A stretch of DNA of 64,000 bases, taken from the NCBI RefSeq assembly GCF_009914755.1, contig NC_060930.1; one strand, written 5' to 3'. This document shows, in pieces, positions 16,501-31,600 of this stretch (its first letter is position 1; each line of letters opens with the position of its first letter). The notes beneath the pieces were generated by a model. It was not told where the DNA came from. It saw only the letters and a program-made list of their open reading frames with translations, and made no database searches. This DNA comes from the human T2T-CHM13v2.0 reference genome, Homo sapiens. Position numbers and translations under genes: made by a program.

Positions 16501-18812
16501 CTTATTCTTTGCTTCCCTGCTTTAGGAATTTCATATATTCAACATCTGGATATACTAATTTGTTAGCTAGGTAAAACATGAACTTACTTATACTTAAGAA
16601 CATGTTAGTATGAAAAATACCTATGGATATCTATTAAATTCTTCTGTGAATTATTTAAGGTATAATTTTACAAAAAAAAAAACTTGTCTAGAAAATAAAA
16701 TACCAAATCATTCAAAGGCAAACTTCTAATACTACAAGGCTACCATGGCATAGTGCAAAAACAGCACCAATCCAGGATTCAAGAAGACCTCTATGATGCT
16801 AGCTCTGCTATGAACAAGCACGTAATTTTCAATTAGTCACTTATTTTCTTTTGGCTAAAAATGGAATCAGGTGGTCTTTAGGGCCCATCTGGTATGAAGA
16901 TCCTTTCATTGTTTGATACCTAACAGTAGAGTAAACAACTACATTTAGATCACCTAAGAAGCATCAGAGCACCTAAGGAACATCAGATAAAAATCTATTC
17001 AGATCCAAATAATAAATACAGCTTGCTTGACATGTCAGGGCCGATTTTCCCTTTCCACAGTTTTACGACTCAAAACTGTATTAGATTTTCTTGGATCTGA
17101 CAATCAAAAGGTATTGGAGCCACACAGGAATACCATGAAGGATTTCAAACTCAAATTCAGCAACGAGGAAAAAATAGGTTAACCTATTATAAGTCCTTTT
17201 TTCTTTCTTTCTTTTATAATCTAACATAAATCATGAAAATCCAAAGGCAAAATTAAAAGGCAATAAAATATGTTCCAGTAGTTCACCTTATCCTGGGAAG
17301 GGCTTACTAACTGTTGCCCAGATGTACTTAATGCAGCTTAAAACGACCATGTCGTTTAACTTAACCATGTGCATCTGCCTGTCCAAGACCACCCCAGCTT
17401 AGGAAAGCTCCACTTTCATAAAGTATGTGGACCACAGAACTTGGTAAGTCAGACAAGAGCAACAAAGGAGGTTCAAGATGAAGGTTAGAGAGTACAGGTT
17501 TCTCACCAGATCTGTACACACTGTAAATGATAAACAAGAGCAATTATTGTTTAGCTCTGACACCCAGTGTATTCACTTCAGAGTAATGTTTCCAGCAGAA
17601 AATACCAGGGCCAATCCACTGTTCCAGACTTTGTCTCCATTAAATCCAATACTGTTCCCACATACTTTAATTTAAAGGAATTAAAACCAATAACTACACA
17701 CAAGGCTGAGAGATCACTTTACAGAAGCAAATCCAGAAGTTGCCAGCATGCCTGTAAGATTTCATTTCTGGAAAGCATTAAATTATCCTCTGTGCCAACA
17801 GAAAAAAATAGGCTCAAAAGGAATAAAAATGAAGTACTGGGCTAATAGTTCAAAAAAGCATAAGGTTTTCTGCGGTTTATAACTTGAGGACTTTTTCCTT
17901 TTAAGATTCCCTTCAGGTAGAGCTTTCAAAAATACAATCATAAGCCTTATATAAGGACCACATCTGATATGAGCCTTGCATAACAGCAAGGACACCCCAC
18001 TTTCCTCAAGTTCAGTCCATGTGCATCACCAGAGCTACACTTTCACTCCACCAGCTACAGTGAAGTCATTAAATATTTGCAAGGCCACATTTTCCAAATT
18101 AGGTCCATTATTTTTATGAACCTCAATTCTAACAAATGCTGTAATAATCCTAAGTTTATTTCTAGATGTCTGAATCTCCCACTTAAAGTGCAGAACTAAT
18201 GAAACTGGTCTTATTCTGACACGGATTGCTTATAAATGAAACAAAAAAACTACAAAAGAAAACCATGGCTCTGCCAACCCTTGCACAAATGTGTGATCAT
18301 GCTCACTCACACAACAAATATTCACCAAATGCTCTTTAAGCCAAGAAGTTTTCTAGGCTCTGGGATTAGGCAGCTGGGCTCACAAAAGTGATCAGATGTT
18401 AAGTCAGACACAAACCAGAAATCTCACCTAGGACCCAGCTTTTCCAATCATTAGAGGGATACAGCCACCAAGAGGCACAAGAAAAGCAGGAAGAGGTTAA
18501 GACATCGTGTGTGGGTCTCCAGGTCTTCCCTTCCCTCTTAGTCTCTGGGTAAGGTACGTGGTTTAGTTCACATAGGGACAGGGATGTAGGTTATGAAACA
18601 TCTCCATTTAATACTTCAAATAGCTGTCTGGTTCTCTACAGAGCCATGACTCATGGATCCATAGACCACAAATTTATTTACCATGCAATCCTAACCCAGA
18701 GAAATCCTGCTAAAACCAGAACATAGATAAGGGCTCTTTTCATAGCAAACATCATGACTCTATTTACCAGGAGGCCTATTATCCTCATATAACAGAGACG
18801 CGTGTAGGTCAC

Positions 18813-18851
18813 CTGTCTTCTTTCTTTTTCTTCAAGTGCTCCTTGGTATTC
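18813..18851 (-). ncRNA. Candidate 39-nt internal exon
   Basis: Minus strand: gattcctccctctcaaccactag|GAATACCAAGGAGCACTTGAAGAAAAAGAAAGAAGACAG|gtgacc. The body is purine-rich and ESE-like. Confidence 0.35.
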
Positions 18852-18899
18852 CTAGTGGTTGAGAGGGAGGAATCGCAGGCCAGCTGCCTCCCAGACATT

Positions 18900-19590
18900 A
18901 TACAATACAGGCAAGATCTCTCTTCTTACGTAGCTTATGCTCTTCAGGGAGGAGCATCCAATAAGGAAATATATGAATAGACAAGACAATTTTAGAGATT
19001 TGTGTGCTGTGATGAACATAGAATAGGGTGATGTGATAGGGAATGAGTAAGAGGGCTGCTTTAAATTGGGTGGTCAGAGAAGGACTCTCTGAAGGTATGA
19101 TTTAGGACCTGAGATCTGAAAGACAAGAAGTCATTCATAAGAAAATCTCTGCAAAACCATCCTAGTCAGGAAGAATAGCACATGCCAAACTCCCAAAGTG
19201 GAAGAGCTTGGTGTAAAATAGAAATGATTGAGAAGCAGAAAAATTGCCTACAATGTTGGAGAGTATCAGATGGGGGAGAGTGGATGGAGGGTGGAATGTG
19301 AGCAAGGACCAGATGATGGGAGGTCACTGATGTGATGGGCGTGGGCTTCGATCTTATTCTGGGTAGAATGAACCACCATGGGGGTAGTGCCAGAAGAATC
19401 ACTTGATCTGACCTGTGTCTTAGGCCATCTGGCTGTGGGTGTAGAAGAGGCAGTAATGGACATGGGGGGAAGCCAGAGTATTCTGAAGCAGCCCAGCTGT
19501 TAAGAGACGGTGGTCTGGACAAAAGCCGGGGGAAATGGCAAGAAATAGAAGGGTTTGGGTTATGTATTAAAGTAATGACCAGGAGTGTGA
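18900..19590 (-). mobile_element. L2a fragment
   Basis: gggtggtcagagaaggactctctgaagg...ctgagatctgaaagacaagaag...aggaagaatagcacatgccaaactccc...gagcttggtgt. Confidence 0.75.
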
Positions 19591-19659
19591 AAATCATATC
19601 TCAATAAAGTTGTTTAAAAATATATGGCCAAGAGTCCCTGATTTTTGTAGATATCACTA

Positions 19660-19862
19660 TATATTGAAGCATTTACAGACAAAATGATGGGATGCCAAAG
19701 ATTTTCTTCAAAATAAATTGGGTGTGTATGTGTGGTGGGGGTGGGGAGAGATGGAGCAAGATAAGCCGTGAGCTGACAACTGGGGCAGCTAGGCTAGCCA
19801 CAGTTGGGTGTGTGGAAATTATATTAACATTGAATATATGTTTAAAATTTCCATAATAAAGT
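19660..19862 (+). mobile_element. L1ME/MC 3' terminal fragment
   Basis: gcatttacagacaaaatgatgggatgccaaagattttcttcaaaataa...tatatgtttaaaatttccataataaa. Confidence 0.55.
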
Positions 19863-20400
19863 GTTCAAATTTGAACATTAAGTCTGGCAGGATCCTGATG
19901 GTCACAGGGTGGTGAAACACCTTGTGTGTAGTTTAGTCAATCACTAACCTTACACACATTCTCTGTAACATCTCCAGATGATCCTTCAGTCTGCTTAGAG
20001 TAGCATGAAACTTCTTTTCAACAGCCTGTACTCTTATGTCATTTAATCTGAAGAAAGTGCTTTGTCACACTGAGCGAAAATCAATCTCTCTGAAACTTCC
20101 AACCGTGCGACATAGTTCAATAACATGGAAGCAAAGCAAATGGTTGGACTCCTCCCATAAGGTCACTCTTAAGAACGGATATCCCACCTTTCACAAGCTA
20201 AAATGAAATTCTTTAAGTCACTCCTGAAACCAGAAATAGATATTTTCCTTCGAAATAGTTATTTTCCTACTCTTCCTCTCCTTTTTTTCATTCCAGGAAA
20301 ACTCATCTCCCTCTAGGACCTTGCAATTTCAGTTAAGGTCTCCCTTTTCACTGGTTTATTTATATAGGCCTGCAACATAGTCAAGCCTCCACATACTGGA

Positions 20401-20401
<1 letters not shown>

Positions 20402-20447
<46 letters not shown>

Positions 20448-20475
20448 TATATATATATATGTGCATGTATATATA
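20402..20475 (+). repeat. (CA)n + (TA)n microsatellite
   Basis: Direct reading. Confidence 0.95.
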
Positions 20476-21990
20476 CAAACACTAACCATATGCAGTAATA
20501 TGAAGATTTTTTGTTCTTCAGTACACATAGTAAATGACATTTTGTAATCATGACATTACTCCTATGATACAATCCCATGAAATACACACATTACAGACTA
20601 CCAAATAAATGTGTAGGCCATATAGTTTCTCGCACTTACCCTGTTCTATCTTAATTAAGGAAACATAGCTCAGCATAAGAAAGATTTTATTTTGAAGACA
20701 AATTTGAATCTCCTCTAATTTATTAGAATGAGTTGACATTCTAGTCCCTTATCATTAATAAGCAATAGCTTAGGGTGTAATTCACAACTGGGTGGATGCA
20801 CACTGTCCTTTCATGGTTTACATGCCTTCCATTTTGTACTAACAGTGTACAAAGCTTTGGAGTTGTTTCCGTCGCACAGCCCCCTGGTCTTCTGACAGCC
20901 TCACCACAGTGTCCCAGTCCCTTCTGTCCACTGCCTATAAGAACTGGACCTCCACATCCTTCATTGAGGGATCTCCCCCATCGCCCCAACCCGCTGGGAA
21001 GCAACTTGGCCATCACTTGTCCACAGTTAATTGGACAAAGGATAAGCAACTGACCCAGCCAAAATATTCCATTTCATGTTGACAGGAAATAGTGATTCCA
21101 GATAAAGCTCTGGCAGTCAGCCGTCTCTGTCAGTGTTTCATTTTGCCTACTGCCCCAAATGCCTCACTTCCTTCTTGCTCCGTGTATCATGTTAGACATC
21201 CACCACCATCCCTTACTTAAAAAAAACAAAACAAAACTTATCAAATAACATGATTCACATCTGAATCTAAGCAGTTCAGAGAACTTATACCCCAAATCAA
21301 CAGTCTTTCATCCCAGCCCTCCCCACTCACAAGCCTGTTCCAAGGAGGCAATGTCAGTGCTAAGACTGACGATGCTGGGTGCTGTTCCTGATCAAAACCA
21401 GTTTGTGTCCTGTCCACAGGTGGGGGTGAAGGAATTTAAAACCCCCAGCTTGTGTCTGCTGGCTCCCTCCTGTGAAAGAAGAGAGGTTACCTCAGCCACA
21501 GTAAGCCCTGGGAAACACAATAACCCCTGTGGACTTCACATTCCCAGGGCTATACAATGATATTATGATTCTTACTATTTTCTTCTGTTAACCTACATAG
21601 ACTCCTCTCTCTGAAAAATGAGTCCATCAGCAATGCTACCTCCCGACATCAGGCCTACCCACCTTCACTTCTCACATTTTAACCAAATTTTAACCAAATT
21701 TTGAATGGCCATAGCCGTTAACATTTAGGTGGTTTTCTATAGCTACAACCAGGTTTTCTATCCTTTCCTATGGATGGTATAAAGAAATTCAAAATCATTA
21801 ATCATAATTTTCTTTCTTTTGCTTGTGTAAAATTATTCATCATGCAGTCAAGAACATACTAGGATTGCTGTTCCTTCTCTATGGCCCCTAGAATGACTAT
21901 TTAGGTAACAAAAGCAAAACATTCCTCACACCCAACTGAAATGCACTCTTGCCCCACACCACATAACTTGCTTATGATCACGATGCTTAA

Positions 21991-22432
<442 letters not shown>

Positions 22433-22779
22433 TGAATAGAATCTCTTTTTACCCCGAGATCTTCTCAAAATTTTCTGTCCACCTGCATGAACCTGGACCT
22501 GGTATTTTCTAACCCTGAGACATAGCTGAGGCCTGAGATTTCCCTCCATCACTCTCCTGGGTTAGATTAGTTATTTCCTGGATTCTGTGCCTTCTCTGTT
22601 CTCAGAACCCTCATTTTATTGGTGTATCTGCTCAAGTAAACTCTCCAGGGGGAGTGCCTTGGACATGAACACCATTTCTCTGCATCACTGAAGAAATCTT
22701 TATTCTAGCCTTCAATTTAATTGGTTGTTTTCTATCTGAAATAAGCCTCCCTCGGAATTTACAATAAATTGCAAGGTGA

Positions 22780-23400
22780 ACAAGGAAAAGCAGACTCAAA
22801 TAAAAATGTAATAAGGACCATTAAGGAAAGGCAAGAAAAAAAAAAACCCTAAAATAGAAATGAGGTTAAAAAGACATAAAAAGGACAAGGAAAACAGTAA
22901 AATGAATGACAGGCCAAGAAGAAATAACATACACAAAACCAGAGTCTCTGAAGAAAGTAAAAATAAACAGTAGAACAAACCAATATTTAAAACTATAAGA
23001 AAAACTTCCAGATTCATAAAAAAGGACACAAATCTATATCCTGACCCACAACGATCTACTCTGAGCTGTGTATCAGTGAAACAATCAGACTTCATTGATA
23101 ATTCTCTATGGGGATCAATGAGCTGCAGAGGAATCTGACTGCATCAAGCACAGCACACAGCACAGGGCAGCACCGCTGTCAGACATGTCAATAAGAAAAC
23201 GTGTGCTGAGAATTGCAGAACCAGCCAGCCTGGCCTTCAGGCACGAGGCCATAGAAAAGTAGCTTTAACCTGCAGGAACTTGGGTGTTCTCTAACCACGA
23301 ACTCTTTTTGAGAGATCTAATAGAAGAAAAGCTTGGTCTAACTGACAGATGACTAGAAAATTTTCAGCAAAAGGACTGATGGTCCCGGTAACCCCTACAA
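22780..23400 (+). mobile_element. HAL1 / L1 ORF1-like diverged fragment
   Basis: gacaggccaagaagaaataacatacacaaaaccagagtctctgaagaa...aaactataagaaaaacttccaga...aacaatcagact. Confidence 0.5.
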
Positions 23401-23879
23401 GTTGCAACCATAAGCAAATCTGGTAAACGGAAAAGAAAAAAGTACTTAATGAATTTTATACTCTATCCAAGAAGTAGGCATAAGTTAAGCAAAATATCTT
23501 GAGACTTAAAAAATTCTAATGTAATAAATAATGATGATAAATCTTAACATGGTCACTTAATAAAGATTAATTATTTTCTTAATGAATGACTATTTCTAGG
23601 TGTTCTCCTCCTCTAGACAAATAGGGAACAAAATTTTATATTAAGGGAACAATTTCATGATTTCTGAAGACAAACTGTTGTTACATAGGTCCACTGCTCC
23701 TGCTTCAAACTCTTCATAGGAAAGGGGTATAGATTTTAGACATTTGCAGAAATCCTGAGGATGACACTTTCATACTATACTGTCTAGCTCATAATTTATT
23801 TTTAAAGGTGAGTTTAAGGAGGTAAAAATGTATATGCAAAAATGCCGAATTTTATCAACGAATCATCAGATTGGTAGTT

Positions 23880-24480
23880 AAAAGTTTAATGATAAATAGG
23901 ATATTTATATCAAAGTATGTAGCCAAAAACCACTTATTAATTTGATAAAGAAAAATACTGACTTTATAATAGGGAAATCTGATAAGCAGTATCTTAGCCA
24001 GTTATTAAATTAAACAAAGTAATTGCAACAAACCAACATCATTTAACTACTGATAAAAGTACAACTTTGTTTCTGTGGCATTCCTGACCAAAAAAATATC
24101 TAATTATAAGAAAATATCAAAAAAGTCAAATGAGGAAATTTTACAAAGGAATTGACTTGTACTTTTTTAAAATGTCAAGGTCAAGAAAGACAGAAAGGCT
24201 TAGAATTTATTCCAAGAGACTAAGACAAAATAACTAAATGAAATGCATCATCCTGAAGAGGAAAATGGTGACAAAGCATTTTTAAATGTTAAAATTGGAA
24301 GTGAACTGTAGAGTAGATAAATAGATAATAGTCTTGTATTAATGTTACATTTCCTGACTTCGGTAATTGTCCTCTATTTATGTAAGGGGATGTCCCAGGT
24401 CTTAGGGAATGCATACTAAAGTGTTTAGGCATAAAGGGAATCATATTTCAACTAACTCTCAAGCAGTTTGGAAACTAAAT
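23880..24480 (+). mobile_element. L1MC4/5-like 3'UTR fragment
   Basis: actttataatagggaaatctg...ttaatgttacatttcctgacttcggtaattgt...catactaaagtgtttaggcataaaggga. Confidence 0.65.
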
Positions 24481-24494
24481 TTATAATATATACA

Positions 24495-24752
24495 CAATCT
24501 AATAAAAATATTATGCAAGCCATATGTATAATCTTAAATTTTCCAGTAGCCATATTTTAAATAAAGTAATTTAATTTTGATATTTGAGTTAATTCATTAC
24601 ATGAAAATATTTCAATACATAATCAAGATAAAAGTTATTATTGAGAAAACGTATCTTTTGTACTATGGCTTCAAAATCTCAAATGTATTTTAGACTTACA
24701 GAGCATCTCAGCATGGACTAACCAGAGTGAAGGTGCTAATCAGCTACATGTA
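24495..24752. mobile_element. MER3/MER33-like hAT-Charlie DNA transposon relic
   Basis: atgcaagccatatgtataatcttaaattttccagtagcca...agacttacagagcatctcagcatggactaacc..gtgctaatcagctacatgt. Confidence 0.7.
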
Positions 24753-25061
24753 AGAAGAATGAGAAGGAAGGAATATGAATAAATAATAAATCAATAAAGA
24801 AAATGGGAAATGTGTAAATAAAACAATTATTTAATCTGGGTAAAATATATAGTATTTTACATATTCGTTTTATATCTTTTCTATAAGTTTCAAATAATAT
24901 CAAAAACTTTTAAAAAGTTAAGCAAAAAATAAGAAAATGCAATGAACAACTTTACACCAATAAATCTGAACACTCAGCACATAGGCAAAGTTCTAGAGAA
25001 ATGTCATACCAAAGTGAGTACAAGGAACTATTTAAAGCCAGAATAATCCCATCATAGGACA

Positions 25062-25685
25062 ACAGTTCTTAAACATTTTGGTCTTAATACCCCCTTCATA
25101 CTCTTAAAAGTTATTGAGGATTCCAAAGGGCTTTTACTCATGTGGGTCTTTTCTACCAATATTTAGCAAATTAGAAATTGAAAATGAAAAGTTTTAAAAA
25201 TATGTATTTATTTAAATTCATAATAATAAATCCATTACCTTTTAACATAACTTATTTTATAAGGTAATTATATTTTCCTAAACAAAAACAAATTTGGTGA
25301 GATGAATGGCATGATTTTATATTTTTTCAGCATTTAGTCTGTTGCAATCTGTTGTTTGGGTTGAAGATATGAGGTTGGGAAAGGAAGAAGTATTTTTAAT
25401 AGTCATTTCAGATAATTTGAATATTCTTTTTTAATACTACTTCAAAACATGATGAGTATATATTTCCTAAAGGTTATGTGAGTTGTGAAACTTGAAACCT
25501 TGTCAATAAATTGCATTTTGAAGCATTAAAATCTACTGGTGTATCTTCCACTTTGAACAGATTTTTACCAATGCATGATTTTGTAACAACATGCATTAAT
25601 CATATAGAAAACATCAGTTCACTGAGTCATGCAGATTTCAAATATTGACATATTACATTATACAATATCAAAACATCACAGTTGA
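25062..25685. mobile_element. Charlie1-like DNA transposon fragment
   Basis: cagttcttaaacattttggtctt..cccttcatactcttaaaagttattgaggattccaaagggctttt...atcagttcactgagtcatgcagattt. Confidence 0.75.
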
Positions 25686-26067
25686 CCACATCAACAAGCT
25701 AAAGAAGAAAAATTATATATAACAATTGTTGCAGAAAAGTATTTGGAAAAGGCAACACATATTTATGATAAACTCAGCAATTCAGGAAGAGAGGAACATT
25801 GCCTTGATAAACAGCATCAAGAAAACACAACTAACATCACACTTAATGGTGATGATTGGATGCTCTCCCCCTAAGTCTGGGGATAATGAAAAGATGTCTA
25901 CTCTCACACTCTCAGTCCACATAGTGCTCTAAGGTATAGCGACTGAGATAGGCAAGAGTAGGACAGATTTGGGGAAGGAAATAAACTGTCCCTATTTGCA
26001 GATGACATGCTTATTTACAGAGAAAATCCCAAGAAATTTATTAAAAAAAAACTCTTAGAACTAATAA

Positions 26068-26438
<371 letters not shown>

Positions 26439-27116
26439 AAATCAGTCTCATTTCTATATACTAAAAATGATCATGTGGAAACCAACTTTTAAAACACAGT
26501 ATTATTTACATTCATTCTAAAGAAAATTATATACCTAGGTATAACTTTTTTGAAAAGTCTATAGTATATGCATGCTGACCATTACAAAATGTTGACAAAA
26601 GAAATCAAATATCAAAATAAATGGAAATACAAACCATGTTCCATGTACTGGAAGACTCAACATAGTAAAAATGTAAATTCTCCCCTAGATTTATCTATAG
26701 GGTTAATGCAATTTTTATCAAAATTCCAAAAAGAATTTTTGTAGACACAGACAAGCTTATTCTAATATTTATCTGGAATGGCATAAGCCCTACAATAGCT
26801 AAAACTTGACAAACAAGAATAAAATGAGAGGAATTACTCTATCTCACAGTATAGCTTACTTTACAGCCACACTAATCAAGACAGTATGGTATTGGTGAAG
26901 AGACAAAGACAGAGCAATGAAACAGGATAGAGAATGAAGAAACAGACCTACACAAATATGCCCAACCAATATTTGATAAAGGTGTAAAACAAATTATAAA
27001 ACTTTTAGAAAAACACATAAGAAAACATCCATGGGATCAAGGGTTAGGCAGAGTTTTTATACTTTGCACCAAAGAAGAATCTATAAAAGGAAAAGTTGAT
27101 AAATTATACCTCATCC

Positions 27117-27393
27117 AGCCAAGCCTGGTGGCTCACACCTGTAATCCTAGCACTTTGGGAGGCCAAAGCGGGTGGATCACTTGAGCCCAGGAGTTTGAGG
27201 TGGTGAGACCCCATCTCTACGTAAAAATACAAAAATTAGTGCAGCGTGGTGGTGCCTATAGTCCCAGCTACTCAGGAGGCTAAGGTCAGAGGATCACTTG
27301 AGTCTGGGAGGCAGAGACTGCAGTGAGCTGAGATTGTGCCACTGCGCTCCAGCCTTGGTGACAGAGTGAGACCCTGTCTCCAAAAAATAAAAA
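27117..27393 (+). mobile_element. AluJ
   Basis: ggatcacttgagcccaggagtttgag...gaggatcacttgag...agagtgagaccctgtctc. Confidence 0.9.
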
Positions 27394-28639
27394 ACTTCTG
27401 CTCTGTGAAAGACCCTGTCAAGAGGATAAAAAGGTGAAAAGGCAAGTTACAGAATTGGAGAAAATATTTTCAAGATAGATATCTGACAAAACACTAGTAT
27501 CTAGACTACATACTTTCTATATATGCACACATACATATAAATTTTATGATACATAGTAATTATATATACATACATATAACGTGACTCTCAAAACTCAACA
27601 GGAAAACAACAAAGAGTACAATTAGAAAAAGAGAAGAAAAAAAGAAAAAGGGTAAGCGATATGAACAGATATTCTATAAGCCACCAAGAGGCTTACACAG
27701 ATGACAAATAAGCACATTAAAGATGCTCAGCCTCGCCGGCCATTAAGGAAAACACAGATCAAAGCCGCAATGCAGTATCTATCAGACACACTTATCTCTG
27801 TGGCTCAAATAGAAAACAGTGACAACATCAAATGCTGGCAAGGACACGAAGAAATGAATCACTCACACACACTGCTGGTGGGAATGTAAGAGGGTATGGT
27901 CACTCTGAACACAACTCAGTGTTTCCAATAAAAGGAAACAAGCAACTGCCCAGCAACCCAGCAACTGCATACCTAATTTGCCCCAGAGGAAAGACAACTT
28001 CTTTTCACACAAAACCTGTGTACAGCAGCGTTCACGGCAGCTCTGTGACAGCCACTCTGCTGGGCTGCAGGGACCTGGGCTCCAGCTCCCACAGGAAGCT
28101 GGTACACTGTCAGCCTCCACGTGCACTCCCTTCTGCTTCCCTTTTGAGTCTTCCTGGGCCCTCAGGAGCTCAGGGAGAGCCGTGGGGACACTGAGGATAG
28201 GGCAGATGTGTATCCACAGTCTCCTCAGACTTGCCTGGCCGCAGATTCTAAACCACTGAAGCCACCCTCTTCGTGCCACTGAGCACACCTGAGGCCGTCT
28301 CTTCTCCAGTTTCCAGATGAGAAATAGGGCACAAATCCCTTCTATCCCCAGACCCTCAAACCCATCATGGAAGGGTTCCACAGCTCAAGCAAAGCTTAGC
28401 ATGGATGCAATGGTCAAGGAGCTACCACAAAATGAGAATAATTTTATGAAAGAACTTTCTATGTAAAATCTCCAGCTGTCTGGCCATGTTTCTAATCAAC
28501 AATAACTGTACTAGGGGCGCTGGCTTACGTAAAACTCAAACTACTGGCGAGATCTCACAGGGCCTCCTTAGTTTGTTAGAGACAGTTTTTACTTACAATC
28601 GAGCTCTTGACTATGTTCTCACAAGTGAAAGTGGGGAGA

Positions 28640-31600
28640 TAGCCAAGAAAAAAAGGGACAGGACACAAATTACTAATATGAGAAATGAAAGAGGGGACAC
28701 CACAAGTACAGATCTTATAATATAAAAAAGATAAAAAAAGAATTCTATAAACAACTTTATGCCCATAAATATGATAACCTAAACAAAATGGACCAATTCT
28801 TTGAAAGACACAATATGCCAAAACTCACACAAGAAGAAACAATCTAAATAAGACTATATCCAAAATTGAATCAATAATTAATAACTTCTCAAACCAGAAA
28901 TCACTAGGCCCAGATGGGTTCACTGGTGAATTATACCAGATATTTAAATAAGAAATGAATCCAATTCTCTATAATCTCCTTTAAAGGATAGAAACAGAAA
29001 GAATGCTTCCAAACTCATTCTATGAGGCCAGCATTACTCTAACAAAAAAACCAAGGACAGTAAAAAACAACAAAAAAAAGACAACTAGAGACTAATATTT
29101 CTCATGTAGACAGATGCAAAAATCCTCAATAAAATATTAATAAGTTGAATCCAACAATGTACGAAAGAAATTATACACCTTGACCAGGTGGGATTTATCC
29201 CAGGTATGCAAGGCTGATTCAACATTTAAAAATCAATTAATGTAATCTATCCCATCAATAGGCTAAAAAATATCAATAGATACTGAAAATCATTTGACAA
29301 AATACCACATCCATTCATAATAAAAATTCTCAGTAAACTAAGAACAGAGAACTTCTTCAACTTCATAAAGAATATCTACCAAAAACCTACATCTAACATC
29401 ACACTTAATGGTGAGAAATTTAAAGCTTTCCCACTAAGATCAGGAACAAAGCAAGGATATCCCCTTTCACTGCTGCTTTTCAACATTATACTGGAATTCC
29501 TAGCTAATGCAATAAGACAAGAAAAGGAAATAAAAGGTATACAGATTGGTAAAGAAGAAACAAAACTGACTTTGTAGATGACATGATTGTCTACATAGAA
29601 CATTTGAAAGAATTTACCAAAAAAAAAAAACCTTCTGGAACAAACAGTGATTTTAGCAGGATTGCAGAATTCAAGGTCAATATACAAAAGTTAATCACTT
29701 TCAAGGTTAATACATAAAAGTTAATCACTTTCCTATATACCAACAATGAACAAGTGGAATTTGAAATTAAAAACACAATATCATTTACATTAGCAACCCA
29801 AAAATGAAACAGGTATAAATCTATCAAAATAAGTACAAGGTCTATATGAGGAAAATGACAAAACTCTAATGAAGGATATCAAAGAAGAACTAAATAAATG
29901 GAGAGCTATTCCATGTCCATGGATAGGAAGACAATACTGTCCAGGTGTCGGTTCTTCCCAATTCGATCTACACATTCAGTGCAACCCCAATCAAAAGTGC
30001 AGCTAATTATTTTGTGTATATCAACAAAATGATTCTGAAATTTACATAGAAAGGCAAAAAAACTATAATAAACAATAATTTATTGTATTTTTTAAACAGC
30101 TAGAAGAGAGGATTCTGAATTTTACCAACACCAAGAAATAATAAAGGTTTGAAGTGACTGATATGTGAATTACCCTGATTTGATCATTATAAAGTGTATA
30201 CATGTATTGAAACATCACACTGTATGTATGAAAAGCAAAAGACCTTTCATATATACATAGAAATATTTCATATTTCATATACTGAGAAGAGCCAACTCAG
30301 TATTGAAAGAGAAGAACAAAGTTGAAGGGGTAACAGTTCCCTACTTCAAGACTTACTATGAATCTATAGTAATCAAGACAGTGCTGTGTTGGAAAAAGAA
30401 GAGACAAACAGAACAATGGAACAGAATAGAGAGCCCAGAAATAGACCCACATAAATACAGCCAACAGATCTTTGACAGAGGAGCAAAGACAATACAATGA
30501 AGAAAATAGTCTTTAACAAATGGTGCTATAGAACAACTGGACATTCACATGCAAAAAAACAAATGAATCTGGACATAGACCTTACACCCTTCACACAAAA
30601 GTTAACTCATAACTGATCACAAACCTAACTGCAAAATGCAAAGCTATATAATTCCTAGAAGATAACATAGAAGAAAACCTAGATGACCTTGGGTATGGCA
30701 ATGAATTTTTAGATACAACAAAAAAAGCATGATCTATGAAAGAATAACTGAAAATCAGGACTTCACTGGAATTAAAAACTTCTCTGAAATGGATAATGTC
30801 AAGTGAATGAGAAGATAAGCCACAAACCGGGAGAAAATAAACGCAAAAGACAAATCCGATAAAGAACTGCTATCTAATATATACAAAAGAAAATAACCCG
30901 ATAAAAAATTGGGCCAAAGATGTCAACAAATGCCTCACCAAAGAGGGACATACCGATGGCAAATAAGCATATAAAAATACTCCACATCACATCATCAGGA
31001 AAATGCACATTTAAACAACAATGAGATTATTTGCACACCTATGAGAATGGCTAAAGTCCAGAACATGGAAAACACCAAATGCTGGTGAGGATGTGGAGCA
31101 ACAGGAACTCCCATTCATTGCTGGTGGGAGTGCAAAATGGTGCAGCCTTTTTGGAAGACAATTTGGCAGTTTCCCACAGAACTAAACATACACTTACCAT
31201 ATGATTCAGAAACTGTACTCCTTGGTATTTACCAAAATAAGCTGAAAATTGTTCATCACACAAAAATTGCACATGGATGTTTACAGCAGCTTTATTCATA
31301 ATTGCAAAATATGAAAGCTACAAAGACGTGCTTCAGTAGGTGAACTGATAAATAAAACTGTGGTGCATCCAGATGACAGAGTGTGATCCAGCACTAAAAA
31401 GAAGTGAGCAAGCAAGCCATGAAAAGACACAGAGGAAGCTTAAACACATGCTATGCAGAGAAAGATGCCAATCTGAATAGGCTGCATGCTGTGTGATTCC
31501 AACTCTATGATCTCCTGGAAAAGGCAACACTATGGAGACAGTAAAGAAACCAGTGGTTGACAGGAGTTAGGAAGGAGAGAGGGATGAATAGGCAGATTCT

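Noticed and set aside
20320-20369. Candidate coding exon AYINKPVKRETLTEIAR joining the 18.8 kb exon in frame
   Set aside because: The donor gtccta is very weak, the frame does not join the upstream 20640 exon, and I recognise no protein.
30061-30229. Idea that this fragment is the missing 3' end of the L1MA at 1410-7905
   Set aside because: The two pieces overlap in consensus position and the fragment has its own flanking duplication, so an independent insertion is simpler.
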